This document shows, one piece after another, positions 60,791 to 64,000 of a stretch of 64,000 bases of DNA; positions within the stretch are counted from its first letter, which is position 1; each line of letters opens with the position of its first letter. The stretch lies in the NCBI GenBank assembly GCA_965153285.1, contig OZ229115.1; one strand, written 5' to 3'. The notes below the pieces were generated by a model that saw nothing but the letters and a program-made list of their open reading frames with translations, was not told the origin of the DNA and did not search any database. This stretch comes from Podarcis tiliguerta. Its lineage: Eukaryota. Both the position numbers and the translations under genes were made by a program.

Positions 60791-62649
60791 GAAATCCATC
60801 TAGTTCAGCTTTTGGCTTTCAAGTATCTGGAGTGACTTGGGATTGAGCCTGGGGCCTTCTGCACACAAAGTTTATGCTCTTCCACTGAGCTACAAATTCT
60901 CCCAAAGCTTGAAAGCAAGGTGCAGATATTATTGCTTGTCTCTATAACCTGTTGCCAGAATTTAGCTATCAAGGCTATTGGTAGATTTATCTTCCATGAA
61001 GCTGTGTGGTCCCCATTTAAAGCTATCTACGCTAGTGATTCAGTAAGTCTTCCAGTTTTTATGCACGATTGCTAGGGCTGCACCATCATCTGTGTGCCTC
61101 ACCCTAAAGCAACTTGATCCTTTCTGCTGTCATTCAGTGCACCCTCTGCTCCAGGAATATGTGTGCAAAACTATAATACACAGGAGTTCTTAAAACGTTT
61201 AATTCCTCAGTCTATTATAGAAGGATCCCGTCTATTATTAGATTATGTTGGCTATAAGCCGTGAGAGAGCAGTTAGCTTGCCCTTTCTGGTTGGTAATGC
61301 TTCACCACCACAGCCAAAACAGGACTTTGTATCTGAACACTAGCCTGGTAGCCATAGGCAAAAAGGAATGGCTTTCAAAGAGGGTTAGACAAACCCATGC
61401 AGGAAAAGGCTATGATCTACATCCATTGGAGGCAGTTTGCCTCTGAATGCCGGTTGCTGGGAATCACAAGTGGGAAGACTGTTGCTGTTCTCAGGTCTGG
61501 CTTGTGGGCTTCCCAGAAGAGGCATCTGGTTGGCCATTGTGAGAACAGGATGCTGGACTAGGTGGACCATTGACCTGATCCAACAGTCTCTTCTTGTGTT
61601 CTTAATCCCATGCATGCATAGGAGCAGATGGAGGAAAGAGGGATGAAGGCTCCATCCCTCCTCTCTGCTCACCATGGCAACCAAGCAAATAAGCCCTCTC
61701 CTCTGCACTAGCACAGAAATGCAGTGGACTGCTGCAATAAGGACGCAGTTCCCTATCCCATCTTCTGCCCCCACATCCCTGCCAGCTAGTATTTTTTGAT
61801 ACCCTAGCAGCCTTTGTGGGCTTACTTAAAAGGCTGTGGGATAGTGATAGGATAGGGTCAAATCAGCACATGCACACACCCAGTCTGGACCCTTGCAATT
61901 GTTCTATGACACCTTCCTTTAATTTGGACTGCCCTGCTTTTTATCTGGCCCTAAACTCATCTCTGTTTCTCATGTCTCATCCAGGAACTGGGTTACTAAA
62001 GGAAATGGGAAAGGACGGATCCATCTTGCAGGAAGTGAAACCCTCCCTTTCCATTCTTTGCAGCAACTTCTCTCATACATATGTCTCAGCCAAGCTGGTG
62101 CTTGATAGTAAAAAGAAACCACCATGTATATACACATTCGTATATTGATGGGGGACAATATGCATCAGAGTTTTTAATTGTAGCCCAAAATTAGTATTGT
62201 GGCTTGGAGGCAAAAACAATGGTTTCCCGTGTCTACTATAATGCTTTTGGAAGAGGTAGAATGGAGCATTTCCTCTTCCATTAAGGCTGCTGTGGTTTTT
62301 ACTCCTGCATCCTGAAATGCTTTCTATTTACATATTATTATAAGCCCGTAGATTCTCCTTGATTGACCTTATAGGGCAGGGGTATAAAAACCCAACCAAG
62401 CTGAGCAGGTGAATTCCCCACCCATCATCAGCCTTCCGGCTGCTTCTGTAATTTTTAGGAGTGCCACTTGATTAAACAAACCTTAGCATGAGTTTAAGCA
62501 GCTAATTGATTTCCTTGGATCGGTTTCCATATTAGGAACATCAACAACAAAAGAGTTCAGAAATAAGAAAGCTTCTTTTGAAGCTCTGGGTTAAAATGCA
62601 ATGCAAGAAGACTGAAGGGGATAGAAACAGAATATAGGGCACAACCTTA

Positions 62650-62797
62650 CACTGAATCAGATAATAGGTCCATCAAGCTCAGTACTGTCTGTTCTGCATT
62701 GACTGGCAGCAGCAGTTCTTTTGGGGTGTTTCCAAGCCCACTCTGGAGATGCTAGGGACATGGGACCTTCTACATGTAAAGCATGTGCTCTGCCATT
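62650..62797 (-). mobile_element. tRNA(Ala-like)-headed SINE remnant (also ~60795-60895 -, ~42250-42400 +)
   Basis: Reverse complement tggcagagcacatgctttacatgtagaaggtccca...ctgccagtca...gtactgagcttgatggacc. Confidence 0.6.
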
Positions 62798-63037
62798 CAC
62801 CTCTTGCCGCCCTGTCCCCCCAAAAAAGAGAGGGTAGTGGGGAAAGAAAGATGAAAGGATACTTGTTGGGCCAGGAAAGAACAAAGGGCATAAAGGTGAG
62901 ACTGAGCTGCAGACAAGTGTAGTAAAGGGTGACAAGAATGGGGGGAAAGAAGCAGCTGCCATGGGGTGCATAGAGGAAAAGGTGGAAATGTGGCTGCAGA
63001 GAGGGCTGGGGGGACTGAAAAAGAGTGTGTCTTTGGC

Positions 63038-63042
<5 letters not shown>

Positions 63043-63072
<30 letters not shown>
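63043..63072. repeat. (TG)n microsatellite
   Basis: Read directly from the sequence. Confidence 0.95.
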
Positions 63073-63075
<3 letters not shown>

Positions 63076-64000
63076 GTTTGTGTGTGTTTGGTTTGTTTTT
63101 GGCATGAGACCTCTGCGTTTTGTCTCCTCCTTTCAAAATGGACCCATTGCCCTGTGAAAACAACCCAGATCTTGGGTGACATAGCATGAAACACCCACCC
63201 ACAGAATTATTCAGAATTGTGCTTGCAATGCTTTCCTACATAATTTGTATTTTTCGGGACACATGGAAACAAATCTAGTTGTGGTATAAGTAGGCACGCT
63301 TTCATTCCACCAGGGTGGAGTTGAGCATGAGGCTGGTGTTCCCTGTAAAGTCGCGGGATTAACTTGAGTATAGACAATTTTATAATATACTGATGTGGGA
63401 AATAAGAGACCTGGCTGTTGTTTAAACCATGAGGGTCTTAATTCTTGCTCTGGACTAACACTGCTTATAAACCACATTCAACATTTCAGGTTATTTTTCT
63501 GCTTCTTAGATATGACTAAATGTGTGGATCTGTTTTTATATTAAAAAAATGTTTGTGTGTGTTTGTGTACATGGATGTGTAGGGAAAAAAAATACTGAAG
63601 GCATTTTTTTGTTTAACTGGTGAACTCTGTGTTGTGTTTGCTGTGTACTGCACAGTTGTTCCATTACAATGATCAGCTAAAGCATGAAGGGGAGATGCAT
63701 GCCTTCAAAATAGAGGACATTCTAGAGGGCACGTGCTGGGAAATTACTGTAGACAATTACTTTTTCATGGCTATCCACTGCCTTTTTACAGAAAGCTCTT
63801 TTCCTACCACTTGATCAATGTTAATTGGCCCTGCGTTCTAGCAGATACAAGTGGTGTGGTTAGGGTGCAGATGGTGTGGGGTTATTTATAGGCCTTTTAA
63901 AGTTTTCATCCTTAAAAGAAGGAACTAACTCTTAATGTGTTGTTGGTTTTTTTGCATTAGAAACAATGATTTATATATTCTGTTGAGACTTTCACCACAT

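Noticed and set aside
62657-63202. 181-aa and 171-aa minus-strand ORFs
   Set aside because: Built from (CA)n, pyrimidine-rich low-complexity sequence and a SINE remnant.

Overview
This is vertebrate genomic DNA, almost certainly from a squamate reptile. Sauria SINEs, a BovB LINE, squamate-type CR1/L2 tails and several MITE families point to a lizard, probably a lacertid. Most of the window is intergenic or intronic and rich in repeats. The one clear gene-related landmark is a CpG island at ~47.3-49.15 kb. It probably holds the first exon of a + strand gene, ending at a CAG|GTGAGC donor (48320/48321) and followed by a long first intron. I cannot name the gene, and I found no confidently identifiable host CDS. 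Mobile elements are well resolved: a BovB 3' end, an L1 3' end with TSD, four Sauria SINEs with TSDs, tRNA-Ile- and tRNA-Lys-headed SINEs sharing a CR1 tail, two 5S-rRNA-headed SINEs, seven hAT MITEs with 8-bp TSDs, six Tc1/mariner-type MITEs with TA TSDs, and a decayed Gypsy-like LTR element (LTR, tRNA-Leu PBS, Q-rich gag-like region). The best leads are a 67-nt pre-miRNA-like hairpin (20314-20380) in a repeat-free block, the modular SINE architecture, and the Gypsy remnant. There are no CRISPR arrays or prokaryotic systems, and no new biological system can be demonstrated from the sequence alone. All family assignments are from memory, without database searches.
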